Positions 48,801 through 58,157 of a stretch of DNA of 64,000 nt are shown here, one piece after another; the stretch's first letter is position 1; each line of letters starts with the position of its first letter. The notes beneath the pieces are model-generated. The model saw nothing but the letters and a program-made list of their open reading frames with translations, made no database searches and was not told where the DNA came from. Source of the DNA: Rickettsiales bacterium (GTDB lineage Bacteria > Pseudomonadota > Alphaproteobacteria > Rickettsiales > JALZUV01); contig JAQXAR010000025.1 in the NCBI GenBank assembly GCA_029252805.1, forward strand, positions 90,425 to 154,424, written 5' to 3'. The translations under genes were made by a program, and so were the position numbers.

Positions 48801-49115
48801 TTTATCGTTACCTTCATGACCGTAGAATGTGTTAGCTGCTGTACCGAGTTTATAAGTACCGGGAGCCGTAATGTCATTAAAGGTACCTGATGCGATGGTC
48901 GTTGCGCCATCGGTGATGGTAATATCATCTAACGTATCCGTATAAAGGTGATTCAGAGCACCTGCCTTTATTAAGATAGTGCCGGTTTCGCCGCCTACCG
49001 CTGTCCAAGTATAAGTAACATCAGTACCGCCAGTATTCTCAATCTCCCAAATATACTCATTACCACTGACGCCATCGACGTTCTTTTTTCCAAATCCGGT
49101 AACTGTAATTGACAT
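45825..49115 (-). CDS. large secreted-type RTX calcium-binding-repeat protein with a seven-repeat FG-GAP/VCBS beta-propeller region (1096 aa)
   Basis: Four blocks of GGxGxDxxx nonapeptides (e.g. '[44 protein letters not shown]'). Seven 'D.(N/D)GDG..(D/E).' FG-GAP-like units between about 46160 and 47170. No N-terminal signal peptide. The acidic, hydrophobic C-terminus '...LDALDISIF' is consistent with a type I secretion substrate. Confidence 0.85.
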   Translation of the reverse strand: MSITVTGFGKKNVDGVSGNEYIWEIENTGGTDVTYTWTAVGGETGTILIKAGALNHLYTDTLDDITITDGATTIASGTFNDITAPGTYKLGTAANTFYGHEGNDKVNAQGGNDYLEGGLGNDTLLGGGGVDTIYGGEGNDSIRGGGGSDIVYGDNGDDILDGQNGNDYIYGGAGADTITGGAGTDVYVYTTTTDSTSSASDVLTDFVSGEGISLAALGITGIGAGSDKITITDDGTDSTISHNSSSFQIIVQGITGMNAGHFIFDGVTGPTEFADTLVGTTDDDVIDALGGNDSVTGLAGLDSFIGGDGNDTLDGGDGADTLNGGAGNDSLIGGDGIDSILGGSGADTIDGGAGNDIIIANGSTDVISGGTGDDNINAGGGNDTINGNAGNDTMLGGNGTDTFVIDANAGDADVILSFDPASTPDTVDLSAFSDLYFDDIVSQVGAHVVVTLPNSQTLTFYNVNLVDFSAANFVNMNAGTNPVAGPTPNADTLDGTSGADTIDALGGNDVVNGLGGNDTLDGNTGNDTLNGGDGNDALNGGAGDDILTGGAGNDTMTGASGSDTFVIDSNGADADTINGFDTSVSTSQVDLSAWGGSLYFEDLNLNQVGAHSVLDFGNGQTLTFLNTTANDFTIDHFIGVQAGSDPSVSGLVIEGTVGDIAVADRITSINLGDFEVADFNGDGTLDILTQNGSYGDGLVWLNGTDMSVNRVTSFDLGNHKIADVNGDGTLDIVTDLYGGAGWYNGANPSEFNRITFNGVGDFEVAHVNNDGILDVVGNQGTYGNGSPLVGALWYDGSTGASNRITYNDLGENFQVADIDGDGAVEFLSNDGTYQNGIEIKGLTYYEIDGTHLRHTFSGDSGFTVGNFDLDGGLEVLMQDSVYASGAVAAGPVVFQGANQGTRFTYNDLNIFGHGDVTGDGSEEVFSSGGSFSNGTAIPGIIQYNPDGSFERISYSEADVLEVADWDGDGTGDLLVSGGVFGNGLVHLETGVGNNDILTGGGNADTLIGGGGDDTLTGSAGNDVFQFGNGFDNDTVIDFSNGNNTLAFSTVSGISIAADVLSAAAVVGSDTIITIAGEGTITLDNFTGLDALDISIF
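47400..48820 (-). repeat. RTX nonapeptide repeat blocks and a duplicated module of about 165 aa (RTX block plus 'TFVID...VDLSA...QVGAH...QTLTF.N') inside the RTX gene
   Basis: Repeated GGxGxD-coding DNA at about 48560-48820, 47900-48290 and 47400-47650, with a fourth block at 46040-46150. Long spurious antisense ORFs arise here. Confidence 0.8.
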
Positions 49116-49188
49116 AAGTGTACAAGCCCTCTTTATTAATCTATCTTAATATTATGCAGTAAAATAGTTAACATAGGCTTATATATCT

Positions 49189-50253
49189 TTATACTCTTAG
49201 TTTAAATAGTCCTGTGCAGTAATCACTATAGTATCGAGCTAGGGTCAGAAATTCGAGGTGTTTGGTCCTTGCCAGATGCGCAGTTTTCTGCCGTTTTTCA
49301 AGGTTTTCGAGGAAGGTAATTAAGGCGTCTTTGAGGGGGGGGGCTATTTCTGACGATTCGATGATAATGGCCGTATCTTCGTTAACAATTTCCTTCACGG
49401 TTCCCACATTGGTACAAATAATGGCCAATCCATGCGCCATGGCTTCGAGGATAGTTAGGGGTTGATTTTCGATATGCGATGGCAGCACCAAAATATCTGA
49501 TTCCTGGTAGAGCTGAGTGAGAGCACTATCACCCAGCCAGCCAGCGAAAGTGACTCTATCCGTTAATCCAGTACTCTTGACCTGCTCTTGGTATCTCTCC
49601 ATTTCGCCGGAACCTGCCAAGGTTGCGCGCCAAGGGATGTCTTTTAACGCTGCCAATGCATCAATCAACTCACCCACGCCTTTGCGCGGCAATAAATGCC
49701 CGACGAAAATAATATGTGGGATGTCACCGCCGCCTTTGCTGGCTTCTCGCGGGGTGGGGACAGCATTCGGGATAAGATGAATGTTCGCCTCGCTCACGCC
49801 AATCTTTTCTGCAAAGGCTTTCCATATTTTGCCCAGTACAATAACGGATGAGGCGGTGGTGAAGAGGTGTTCGATCCGGCGCTTCGTGGCTGTTGATCCA
49901 TTCTCGTAAAAGTCAGAAAATCCGCCTCCATGCAGATGTGCGATATGCTTAATGTTAAAAAATTGTGCGAAGCGGAATAAGATCCATTTGCGATAGAAAC
50001 TGCCTTTGCTGGCAATGTTAAGATGAATCGTATCGGGCTTATCGGTGAGCGCTAACCATAGGAACCGTAACAGCGTGCCCATAAAGTAAATTGGCCATAG
50101 CTTATTGGCGCTGTGGGTGGATAGCCATGAAAAGCGCATACCATCGTCATGCTTGGCAGCTTCTCCCACCAAATACTGTGCTTGGCGAACGACTCCGCCT
50201 TTACCCGTACCTTTACCGGGCGCGGCCATTAGGATATGAATATCCTTACTCAC
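49189..50253 (-). CDS. glycosyltransferase family 4 (GT-B, GT1-like)
   Basis: C-terminal half 'ILVLPSHIENQPLTILEAMAHGLAIICTNVGTVKEIV' is the EX7E-type GT4 block. 4-nt overlap with the upstream gene. Confidence 0.85.
   Translation of the reverse strand: MSKDIHILMAAPGKGTGKGGVVRQAQYLVGEAAKHDDGMRFSWLSTHSANKLWPIYFMGTLLRFLWLALTDKPDTIHLNIASKGSFYRKWILFRFAQFFNIKHIAHLHGGGFSDFYENGSTATKRRIEHLFTTASSVIVLGKIWKAFAEKIGVSEANIHLIPNAVPTPREASKGGGDIPHIIFVGHLLPRKGVGELIDALAALKDIPWRATLAGSGEMERYQEQVKSTGLTDRVTFAGWLGDSALTQLYQESDILVLPSHIENQPLTILEAMAHGLAIICTNVGTVKEIVNEDTAIIIESSEIAPPLKDALITFLENLEKRQKTAHLARTKHLEFLTLARYYSDYCTGLFKLRV
49335..49343 (-). repeat. homopolymeric tract, C9 on the coding strand (G9 on +), inside the GT4 gene
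   Basis: Read directly as 'ttgaGGGGGGGGGctat'. On the coding strand this is gcc-ccc-ccc-ctc, encoding A-P-P-L at about codon 303 of 354. Confidence 0.95.
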
Positions 50254-51689
50254 CCGTCTTCCGCGCGTTGAATGAAAGGTTTGAGGTCGATCTTTTGATC
50301 AATGAATTTGCGTTTTCCGTTATCGGTATTGAACGGAATATCATCCACCAGCTCTAGCGTGAATTTGATGCTATCACCGACTTTCACTTGAATCTCTTCG
50401 CAAAAAGGTTGCAGCATTTCAGCGGTAATATCGGGTTTGGGGATGACCTTGATCGTCACTTCGCCTGGAACCTCCTGATGTAGCTGGAAGACATGCACTT
50501 TGCTATATTCCGTCGAGTGGATGTTAATGGCCGACATAGAGGTCAGCTCGTTATTGCTGCCGAGTGCATATTCCTCACCCCAACGTCCGCGGATATGAGT
50601 CACGCGGAAACGGTAGTTATTTTCAGCCGTACCAAGATGGCGTAAATCCGCGACATCTTCCGTATCATAGCGCAGCAATGGCATGGCCATACTGATAAAC
50701 CCCGTGCCGATGATGCGTCCAGTAAGGCCCGGTTCTAAGACGGGTTGGCCAATGCCATCGATCAATTCTGCGTGGCCGTAGAGCGGTTCAAAATCGTAGA
50801 TCTCTGCATTATCGCCGACCTGTCCGGCAATCAGAACTTTTTCACTCATCCCATAATATTTGGTAATTTGACATTGGGGGAAAGCTTGTTTGAATCGCGT
50901 AAGTTGATGTGGGAGAGTGGCCTCCGATACCGGTAGAATCCCTTTTAGTGAGGCTGGGAGTTCCGGTTTCTCACGGATAATATAATCGGCAAATACGATA
51001 ATGCTCGACGGATAACCATGCAGAAAATCGACCTTATGATCATGCATCAGTTGGATGAACATTTCCATATTCTCAGGCGTTAAATGAAAAGGCGAAAGGC
51101 GCAATTCTTTAAGCGCCGCATCATATTGCCAAGGCTTCTCATCGACATTATCGAAATGCACGCCACGTAGTACGGCGCGTTTATCGGTGCGGTAATCAAA
51201 GCCAATATTCGCCCAGAAGGAGGAGATATAGGCGAACTCCTTTGCACTACGGTTCTTGTCTAGATAGAAGGTGAGGGGGCGGCCAGAGCTTCCGCTGGTG
51301 GAGGCCACATCCGTCATGTCTTTCGGCTTGGCGAGGAAGGCCTCAGGGTCTTTACGAATCTCCGTTTTGGTGAGAATGGGCATACGCGCCAAATCCTCAA
51401 ACGTGAAGCTATCAATATCGGGCAAGCCACCATAGACCTTGGTAAATTGCGCTTGATAATAAGGCGTTTTTGCGGCGTAACTCATTAACTCGCGTAAACT
51501 TGCGAGGCGGCGTTTTTGCACGAACGCGCTACCCTGTTTGGCGCGCGCAATATCATCATGCAAGTTGGTGACGGTTTTTCCGTATTTTAGATCAGCCGGT
51601 AACAGGGCGATAATCTTGCCCAGCGAGCGCTTTACTGAAGGCGGCGAGGACGCATACCAGCCGCGTAATTGGTCAAGTGTTGTCGACAT
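50250..51689 (-). CDS. adenylate-forming enzyme, phenylacetate-CoA ligase-like (CapK family)
   Basis: 'VASTSGSSGRPLTFY' AMP-binding P-loop variant. The size (479 aa) and polysaccharide-locus context match CapK/PaaK-like proteins. Confidence 0.75.
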   Translation of the reverse strand: MSTTLDQLRGWYASSPPSVKRSLGKIIALLPADLKYGKTVTNLHDDIARAKQGSAFVQKRRLASLRELMSYAAKTPYYQAQFTKVYGGLPDIDSFTFEDLARMPILTKTEIRKDPEAFLAKPKDMTDVASTSGSSGRPLTFYLDKNRSAKEFAYISSFWANIGFDYRTDKRAVLRGVHFDNVDEKPWQYDAALKELRLSPFHLTPENMEMFIQLMHDHKVDFLHGYPSSIIVFADYIIREKPELPASLKGILPVSEATLPHQLTRFKQAFPQCQITKYYGMSEKVLIAGQVGDNAEIYDFEPLYGHAELIDGIGQPVLEPGLTGRIIGTGFISMAMPLLRYDTEDVADLRHLGTAENNYRFRVTHIRGRWGEEYALGSNNELTSMSAINIHSTEYSKVHVFQLHQEVPGEVTIKVIPKPDITAEMLQPFCEEIQVKVGDSIKFTLELVDDIPFNTDNGKRKFIDQKIDLKPFIQRAEDG

Positions 51690-53841
51690 CGTCGCCTAAA
51701 GTGAGGGTTTGATTGCTGGTTGCTGCTTCGACGGCGGCGATGGTTAGCTCTGTCGTATCATAAAGTGACTCTAGCGAAATTGGCATATTTGCACCTTTGA
51801 GTAATGCTGTGACGAAAGCATCCATTTGCTGCTTTTGGCCTTTATTATTGCCATAGCCTTTTTTGATCTTCGCCGTTTTACCTTGCTGGTAATGGGTGAG
51901 GGTTTCAAAATTATCCATGATGAAGCTTTGATGCCCGCCGGAAACTTCTAAATGCTCCTTAGGTAGTTTATCGCCGCCATGAATGACATATTGCAACGTA
52001 GCGATAGAGCCATCGGCATAAGTGATGCTCACGGCCAGATTATCCGCATCCTCAGCAAGTGCATCTTGACCACCCAAACGGCTGGCAGAAACGCGAATCG
52101 GTTTGCTACCGGTAAGGTAGGTGAACACATCAAGGAAGTGCCCTGCCTCACCAATAAAACGTCCGCCTTCTTCTTTGTCATGTGTCCAGTTGGCTTTATC
52201 AATACGCCCGGCATGCACGCGGTAATGCATCGATAGAGGGCCACTTACATGCTTCTTAATATCCTGCATGATCGGCGAGAAGCGACGGTTAAATCCGACG
52301 TGGAGGCGAATATTGCCGCTCTCACGCGCCGCTTCTTCGATTTTCTGCATGCCTTCATAATCAACGGCGAGTGGCTTTTCGACGAATACGGCTTTGCCTG
52401 CGCGTAGCCCCTCACATACAAAATGCGGATGACTGGCATGACGCGTACCGATGATAATTGCATCGACGGCATCTTCGCCAATCCATGCATTGTAATCGGT
52501 GCCAGAATGTTTGAATCCAAACTTGTCCTGCGCATTTTTTGCCGAGAGAGGCGTCGCATTTGCAACTGCTTCCATCCGTGCTTTCTTATGTGCTTTCAAA
52601 TTTGGCAATAGCATGCTGCTGGCATAAGCACCTGCGCCGATGCAGCCAATGCCGATACTCTCTTTGGCGGAGTAGGTCTGGCTGAGCGTGGGCGCGGCAT
52701 GTTTCATTTCCGCTTCTTCGCCATATTCAAACAATAAGCCCATGCCTTGCAGGCTATTATCATTTAGCTTCTCATACACATCGACAGCTTCATCAAATGC
52801 AAAGCGGTGGGTAATAAGAGGCGCGATATTTAGCTTATTCTGCTGTAGCAAATCAATAAAGGCTTCGAGGTTGCGGCCCTCTGTCCAGCGCACATAGCCG
52901 ATCGGATAATCTTGGCCTTTTTCTTCGTAATTTGGGTCATACCGCCCTGGGCCGTAAGAGCGAGAAAAGTGAAAATCAATCTCTTTGCCGAAACATTCAC
53001 CATAAGGGAGATCCATCTTTGTTTTGCCTACACAGACGACGCGACCACGGTCACGCACCATATCAAGCGCTCCTTCGAGTGGTGCGTTACTCTCGCTACC
53101 TACCGTTAGGAAAACGCAATCAGCGCCATTGCCGTTCGTGAGACGCATCAGAGTTTCTTCAAGTAATGCCTCGCCTGGTTTTCCAGCAAGGGTCGCATCA
53201 CTGATTTCCATTGCTTGCTCACAGCGTGCAGTATCAAGATCAACGCCGATAACGGAAATACCAGAGGCGCGTAAGAACTGAATCAATAATTGCCCCACAA
53301 GGCCGAGACCGACGACAACGGCGGTTTCGCCTAATCGTAAATCGCCTTGGCGGAATCCGTGGAGCGATACCGCCCCGATAGTCATAAAGGCGGCTTCATC
53401 AAGTGCCACATCGTCCGGCACAGGTGTCACAAGTGAAGAGGGGATTACATTAAATTCAGCATGATTCGCATAGCCAGCACCCGCAACAGCAACGCGTTGG
53501 CCGACTTCAAATCCTTCGACTCCGCGGCCTACCGCTTCCACAATACCGGCTGCGGAATAGCCAAGCGGGCTTAAGGAATCGAGTTTATTCATCACCTTGC
53601 GATAGGTGGAAAGTAAGCCTTGCTGGCGAACAGACGAGAGAACTTTTTTGACATGATCCGGGCGCGCTTTGGCTTTTTGCGCCAAATTCATTTTACCCTC
53701 TTTAATCTTTGTGCCCTCGGTTCCAGGCGAAATCACGCTATAATGCGAACGAACGAGAATGGTTCCTGCTTTGACGGCTGGCGGATCGACATCCTCTAAA
53801 CTTACTTTGCCGGATTTATAATTTTGTGCGATTTGTCTCAT
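51673..53841 (-). CDS. bi-domain oxidoreductase: N-terminal MDR/zinc-type alcohol dehydrogenase fused to C-terminal Gfo/Idh/MocA domain
   Basis: N-terminal half: 'GYSAAGIVEAVG', 'VVVGLGLVGQLL' (MDR Rossmann). C-terminal half: 'IGIGCIGAGAYASSMLLPNL', 'AIIIGTRHASH', 'VFVEKPLA' (Gfo/Idh/MocA). Confidence 0.8.
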   Translation of the reverse strand: MRQIAQNYKSGKVSLEDVDPPAVKAGTILVRSHYSVISPGTEGTKIKEGKMNLAQKAKARPDHVKKVLSSVRQQGLLSTYRKVMNKLDSLSPLGYSAAGIVEAVGRGVEGFEVGQRVAVAGAGYANHAEFNVIPSSLVTPVPDDVALDEAAFMTIGAVSLHGFRQGDLRLGETAVVVGLGLVGQLLIQFLRASGISVIGVDLDTARCEQAMEISDATLAGKPGEALLEETLMRLTNGNGADCVFLTVGSESNAPLEGALDMVRDRGRVVCVGKTKMDLPYGECFGKEIDFHFSRSYGPGRYDPNYEEKGQDYPIGYVRWTEGRNLEAFIDLLQQNKLNIAPLITHRFAFDEAVDVYEKLNDNSLQGMGLLFEYGEEAEMKHAAPTLSQTYSAKESIGIGCIGAGAYASSMLLPNLKAHKKARMEAVANATPLSAKNAQDKFGFKHSGTDYNAWIGEDAVDAIIIGTRHASHPHFVCEGLRAGKAVFVEKPLAVDYEGMQKIEEAARESGNIRLHVGFNRRFSPIMQDIKKHVSGPLSMHYRVHAGRIDKANWTHDKEEGGRFIGEAGHFLDVFTYLTGSKPIRVSASRLGGQDALAEDADNLAVSITYADGSIATLQYVIHGGDKLPKEHLEVSGGHQSFIMDNFETLTHYQQGKTAKIKKGYGNNKGQKQQMDAFVTALLKGANMPISLESLYDTTELTIAAVEAATSNQTLTLGDDVDNT

Positions 53842-54872
53842 GTTTTTGTTCCGATAGCTTTCGCTCGTTTACTTGCCCAACGTATCATGGGTAACTCAAT
53901 AAGGATAGCCGATGCAAGGGATAGCGCTGCTATCACTAAGCTTCCAAGTACATAAGCCATCATAGGCTGTGATGCATAAAACTCAATATGCCGCAAAGTG
54001 AGAAAAACCGGAACATGCCAAAGGTAAATGCCGTAAGAGATATCATAGCGTAAATGCAGCGCTGGAAGTTTGAAGGCCGCGATGTAAATACCGACGGTTA
54101 GCATGAAGATGTAAAGCAAGCGCCATGCGTAGTAATTCTCAAATGCGGCGGCGATCATAACCGATAAAATGGCGAGTATCGGCACGAGCAGGCGCCAATT
54201 TTGCTGAATGCGCTGGATCAGGCGAGGGCCATAGAAGTAAGCCGTGCTTCCCGCAATGAAGAAGGCCATCGACCCTGGAATTTGTCGCGCCCATTGGATG
54301 TTGATATCTTCCAAGCCGAAGCGCCAAGCAAAGGCACAGGCGAAGCTAAAGAAAAGCCAAGGGAGTCCAAAGCGTTTTAAAAACCATATATAAATGGGAA
54401 TGGCGGCATAAAACATAATCTCGACTTTAATCGTCCATAGGCTGCCATTAATGGGCTCGCTCACCATCGTGCCAAACCAGGGGCTGATGAAATTCAAGGT
54501 GGCTAAATTTGCAAAATAGTATTTGAGATTTTCACCGAGATTAAAAATATCCTGATTATAGTAATTAAGTAAAATTAGCTGAGCGGTAATCACAACAAAA
54601 TACAGAGGGTATACACGCGCTAGGCGTTTGATTGTATATTGCTTGAATTGGAAGGATCGATCGATACTCCAGCTGATTAAAAAACCGCTAATGATGAAGA
54701 AGCTATTCACGGCAATTTCGGCCTGGTGGAACATTGGATTCTCTATTTGCAATCCAAAGATGTACCTGCCATGACTCATGAGCACTAATGTTGCCATTAT
54801 GAGCCTGAGGATATCGAAATTATTGATACGATTGTGCAGGCTAGGCGATTGATGTGTGGTTTTGGTACGCAT
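53838..54872 (-). CDS. acyltransferase family 3 membrane protein (polysaccharide O-acyl/acetyltransferase)
   Basis: 'NNFDILRLIMATLVLMSHG' N-terminal block and about 10 TM segments. Confidence 0.8.
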   Translation of the reverse strand: MRTKTTHQSPSLHNRINNFDILRLIMATLVLMSHGRYIFGLQIENPMFHQAEIAVNSFFIISGFLISWSIDRSFQFKQYTIKRLARVYPLYFVVITAQLILLNYYNQDIFNLGENLKYYFANLATLNFISPWFGTMVSEPINGSLWTIKVEIMFYAAIPIYIWFLKRFGLPWLFFSFACAFAWRFGLEDINIQWARQIPGSMAFFIAGSTAYFYGPRLIQRIQQNWRLLVPILAILSVMIAAAFENYYAWRLLYIFMLTVGIYIAAFKLPALHLRYDISYGIYLWHVPVFLTLRHIEFYASQPMMAYVLGSLVIAALSLASAILIELPMIRWASKRAKAIGTKT

Positions 54873-54930
54873 TTTGCTACCTATTAGTATAAGCGATGAC
54901 TTAACTCAGATGGGAGCTTTGTGAAATAAG

Positions 54931-56043
54931 ATGAAGATACAGCATTACATCAAGAACAGCCTGTGGCTGATATGCACCCTTCTTATCGCATCTTGTGGTT
55001 TTGAAACGGTTAAGCTGCCTTCGTCAGATCAAGAGATTACTTACAATGTAGCGCCGATTGATGAAAAATTGCAGGTGACGGTGGATACTCCCTTCATGGA
55101 GGATGCGGCGCCTGCCACAAAATCTAAAAAGAACGTGCCTTACGACTATATTGTAGGTGCGGGTGATTCGTTGCTCATCAATCTTTATCTCGTTAGCTCC
55201 GATGGAAGCTCTGGCCTGACACGTATTATTCCACAAGCGCCTGCACTGCCCTCAGAGAATATGTTTTTGGTGGGAGCCGATGGAACGTTAACAGTGCCCT
55301 ATGCCGGTAAAATGAACGTAGATGGTATGCCGTTTGGGCAGGTGAAAAATAAATTACGCCAATCTTTCCGTAAATATTTTCTAGACCCACAATTAGAAAT
55401 GACAATGGCGAATTTCTCTTCTTCGCGTGTGCTTGTGAGCGGTGAACTCACTAAGCCGCAGGAAGTAACTTTATCACATAGACCTTTAACGGTGATGGAT
55501 GCAATTACCACGGCAGGAGGTGCGTTGCCAACCGCTGATCTGCGGAATGCGAAAATTACACGCGCGAATGGTAAGGCTGAAGGGATTGATGTGGCTGCAA
55601 TTATCTATGAAGGTGCTGCTGATAATAATAAAATACTCCTTGCTGGGGATACGCTTCATATTCCGCGCAATCACGCGAATCAAATTTATGTGATGGGCGA
55701 GGTGTTCGATCCGAAAACGTTGACCATGCACCCAACCGGTATGAATTTGACGGAAGCGTTGAGCGCCGTGAGAGGGTTGAATCCACGTACCGCGAAACCA
55801 TCGACTATTTACGTGATGCGCGAATATGCCGCGCGTAGCGAAGGCAAGCGCGATGTGTCAGTGTATCATCTCGATGCGAGCAATCCAAAATCTTATGTTT
55901 ATGGCTCTCAGTTTAAACTGCAGCCGCAAGATGTTGTCTATATCGGTAGCCAAACGATTACTGATTGGAGCCGCTTTATCACACAATTATTACCAGGCGG
56001 CATTGCCGGCCTGGTTCAACCCGCGCCTTATGTTCTTAACTAG
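54931..56043 (+). CDS. wza: outer-membrane polysaccharide export lipoprotein (Wza-like; Poly_export plus SLBB domains)
   Basis: Lipobox 'LLIASCG'. 'YIVGAGDSLLINLY' Poly_export block. Repeated SLBB-like 'GDTLHIP' segment. Confidence 0.82.
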   Translation: MKIQHYIKNSLWLICTLLIASCGFETVKLPSSDQEITYNVAPIDEKLQVTVDTPFMEDAAPATKSKKNVPYDYIVGAGDSLLINLYLVSSDGSSGLTRIIPQAPALPSENMFLVGADGTLTVPYAGKMNVDGMPFGQVKNKLRQSFRKYFLDPQLEMTMANFSSSRVLVSGELTKPQEVTLSHRPLTVMDAITTAGGALPTADLRNAKITRANGKAEGIDVAAIIYEGAADNNKILLAGDTLHIPRNHANQIYVMGEVFDPKTLTMHPTGMNLTEALSAVRGLNPRTAKPSTIYVMREYAARSEGKRDVSVYHLDASNPKSYVYGSQFKLQPQDVVYIGSQTITDWSRFITQLLPGGIAGLVQPAPYVLN

Positions 56044-56066
56044 CGGTATTTCAAAGGGAGAAAAGC

Positions 56067-58157
56067 GTGGCTACTGAATCAGGTATGGTGATCCCTCAGC
56101 AAGGGGTAATTGATCTTAAGGCACTAACAGAGCAAGTGATGAAGTCTTCATGGCTCGTCTTTTGTTTTGCCGTGATGTTTGGTTTTATGGCGTTCTTATT
56201 TGCTATTCGGCCTATTCCGTATGAGGTTCATGCAACGTTGAATGTTGAGCCGGTGAACATGGGAAGCATTCTTTCTGCTGGGATGAATATCGATACTGAG
56301 GTGGGGCGTATTCGCTCATGGACGACGTTAGAGCGCGTAATCAATAAAATGGGACGTTATGGTTTCGTCACGTTGAAATCCTCTTCTGATATGCCAGACC
56401 TTTCGGAGCGCCTGAAGTATTTTTTAAGTACGGGTAAAAAACATGAAGAGCGAAAACTACTCCCGATACAGGTGGACCGTTTGCAATTTCCTGAAGCTTC
56501 TAATGGAGGAGTGTTTCTACTGGAAGTAACCGGTAAGAATCGTTTTAAAGTGGAAACCTCCAGTGGAGAAAAATTGTTTGATGGACGCGTAGGCGAAGAT
56601 CAACGCAAGGGTGGGGCTTATTATTTTCATGTTAGTGAATTGAATGCGCCGATTGGTGCCATATTCACGATTTTCCCTCTTTCAACAGAGACCATGATTG
56701 AGCGTACTCTTGCTTCTTTGAAAGTTGTGAAGCGTACGGCAGATCGAAATGGAAGCTTAATTGATTTACGCTTCTTTTCAAAGGAACCTTACTTTGCGCG
56801 CCACTTGATTGAAACGATTGTGCAAGATTATGTCGAGCAAGCATATGATCGTATTTCTGCTTCGAAGCAACGTGCTATTGGCGATTTGGAAAAGGAACTG
56901 GAGCGTTCGGGCGCGAAGCTTGGCACAAGCGAAGAGTTACTCGGAAGCTACATGAAAGACATTGATGTCGCTGATGTCGATGCTGAAATGCGCGGGCAGT
57001 TGGAGATGCGTTTGTCGCTTGAGCAATCATTGCGTCAGGTGCAGTTGCAGCGTGCTCAGTTGAAGCAAATTTATACCAAGGGTCATCCGGCGATGAAAGC
57101 CGCTGAGGATAAAGAAGGGCAATTGGTTGATAAGCTTACCTTGATTCAAAATCGTTTAGCGCAATTGCCGGAGATTAAAGGAAAACTCTTCACGATGAAT
57201 CGCAAGGTGAAACAATATGCGACGCAGTATGATTCGGTATTGGAGCGCTATACGCAGCTAAAAATTGATGCAAGTGCGATGAACAACTATGTGAGTGTGG
57301 TGAATCTTGCGCGTATCGTGCGTCGTGACTTGCGTAATAAGAGTATTCAGATTGTCGTGCTTGGTGTGATGATGGGCATCATTATTGCGCTTGGGCTGAT
57401 TGTTTTAAAGAGTAACCTTCGTGCTAATATCCTCGAGCATGTGGATCAGATTGGTATATTCCCAACGCTGTCAGTTTCTGATCTTGAACCTGGTCATACC
57501 CAGCGTAGCTATAACGTTAAAAATGATGAGAACACAAAAGCCATTGACGATATTGTTGCCCAGTTCTCCTATCTTGCAAGTAAGAAGAAAAACAACATTA
57601 CGGTGGTTACGTCGAGTAAAGCGACACAGCGCAAGAGCCGTTTGACACTGAAAATGGCGAAACGTTTTGCGGCTAAAAACGGTAAAGTTTTGCTGATTGA
57701 TGCGAATGTGAAACATTCTTACTTAGCAGAGTATGTGGGTATTACCGGTGAAGAAGGCTTTGCCAATGCGATGGTGGGCAAAATGCCATCGACCGATATT
57801 ATTCATCAAATTGATGATAGTGATCTTTATTATATGTCGCCGGGTAACCCAGGTATGAGTATTCAGATTCTACGTGACTTTGAGCGGTTCGATTACTTGC
57901 TTGCAGAGTTTGGTAAATTGTTTGATCGCATCATTGTTGATCTGCCATCACAGATGGAATTACCGTTCTGGCAAACGATGGTGAGCCGTACCGGTACGAC
58001 GATTCACTTCCTCGAAAAAGGTGAGCATATCGATTACGTTCAGCAATATATGCATACCGTGAGCGAGTTGGCGAAAGCCAAGCCTGAGACATTGCATGAG
58101 GTGTTACTTTATACCCGCGAAGGTGAGCCTAAGTCAGGTCTATTTAAGCGCGCTTAG
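56067..58157 (+). CDS. polysaccharide co-polymerase (Wzc/GumC-like, PCP-2a architecture) with degenerate BY-kinase-like C-terminal domain
   Basis: GTG start with 'agggag' 7 nt upstream. Two TM segments flank a coiled-coil periplasmic region. The C-terminal P-loop-like domain has 'VVTSSKATQRKS' instead of GxxGxGK[ST], 'VLLIDANVKH' (Walker A'-like) and 'IIVDLPS' (Walker B-like). There is no Tyr-rich tail. Confidence 0.75.
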   Translation: MATESGMVIPQQGVIDLKALTEQVMKSSWLVFCFAVMFGFMAFLFAIRPIPYEVHATLNVEPVNMGSILSAGMNIDTEVGRIRSWTTLERVINKMGRYGFVTLKSSSDMPDLSERLKYFLSTGKKHEERKLLPIQVDRLQFPEASNGGVFLLEVTGKNRFKVETSSGEKLFDGRVGEDQRKGGAYYFHVSELNAPIGAIFTIFPLSTETMIERTLASLKVVKRTADRNGSLIDLRFFSKEPYFARHLIETIVQDYVEQAYDRISASKQRAIGDLEKELERSGAKLGTSEELLGSYMKDIDVADVDAEMRGQLEMRLSLEQSLRQVQLQRAQLKQIYTKGHPAMKAAEDKEGQLVDKLTLIQNRLAQLPEIKGKLFTMNRKVKQYATQYDSVLERYTQLKIDASAMNNYVSVVNLARIVRRDLRNKSIQIVVLGVMMGIIIALGLIVLKSNLRANILEHVDQIGIFPTLSVSDLEPGHTQRSYNVKNDENTKAIDDIVAQFSYLASKKKNNITVVTSSKATQRKSRLTLKMAKRFAAKNGKVLLIDANVKHSYLAEYVGITGEEGFANAMVGKMPSTDIIHQIDDSDLYYMSPGNPGMSIQILRDFERFDYLLAEFGKLFDRIIVDLPSQMELPFWQTMVSRTGTTIHFLEKGEHIDYVQQYMHTVSELAKAKPETLHEVLLYTREGEPKSGLFKRA

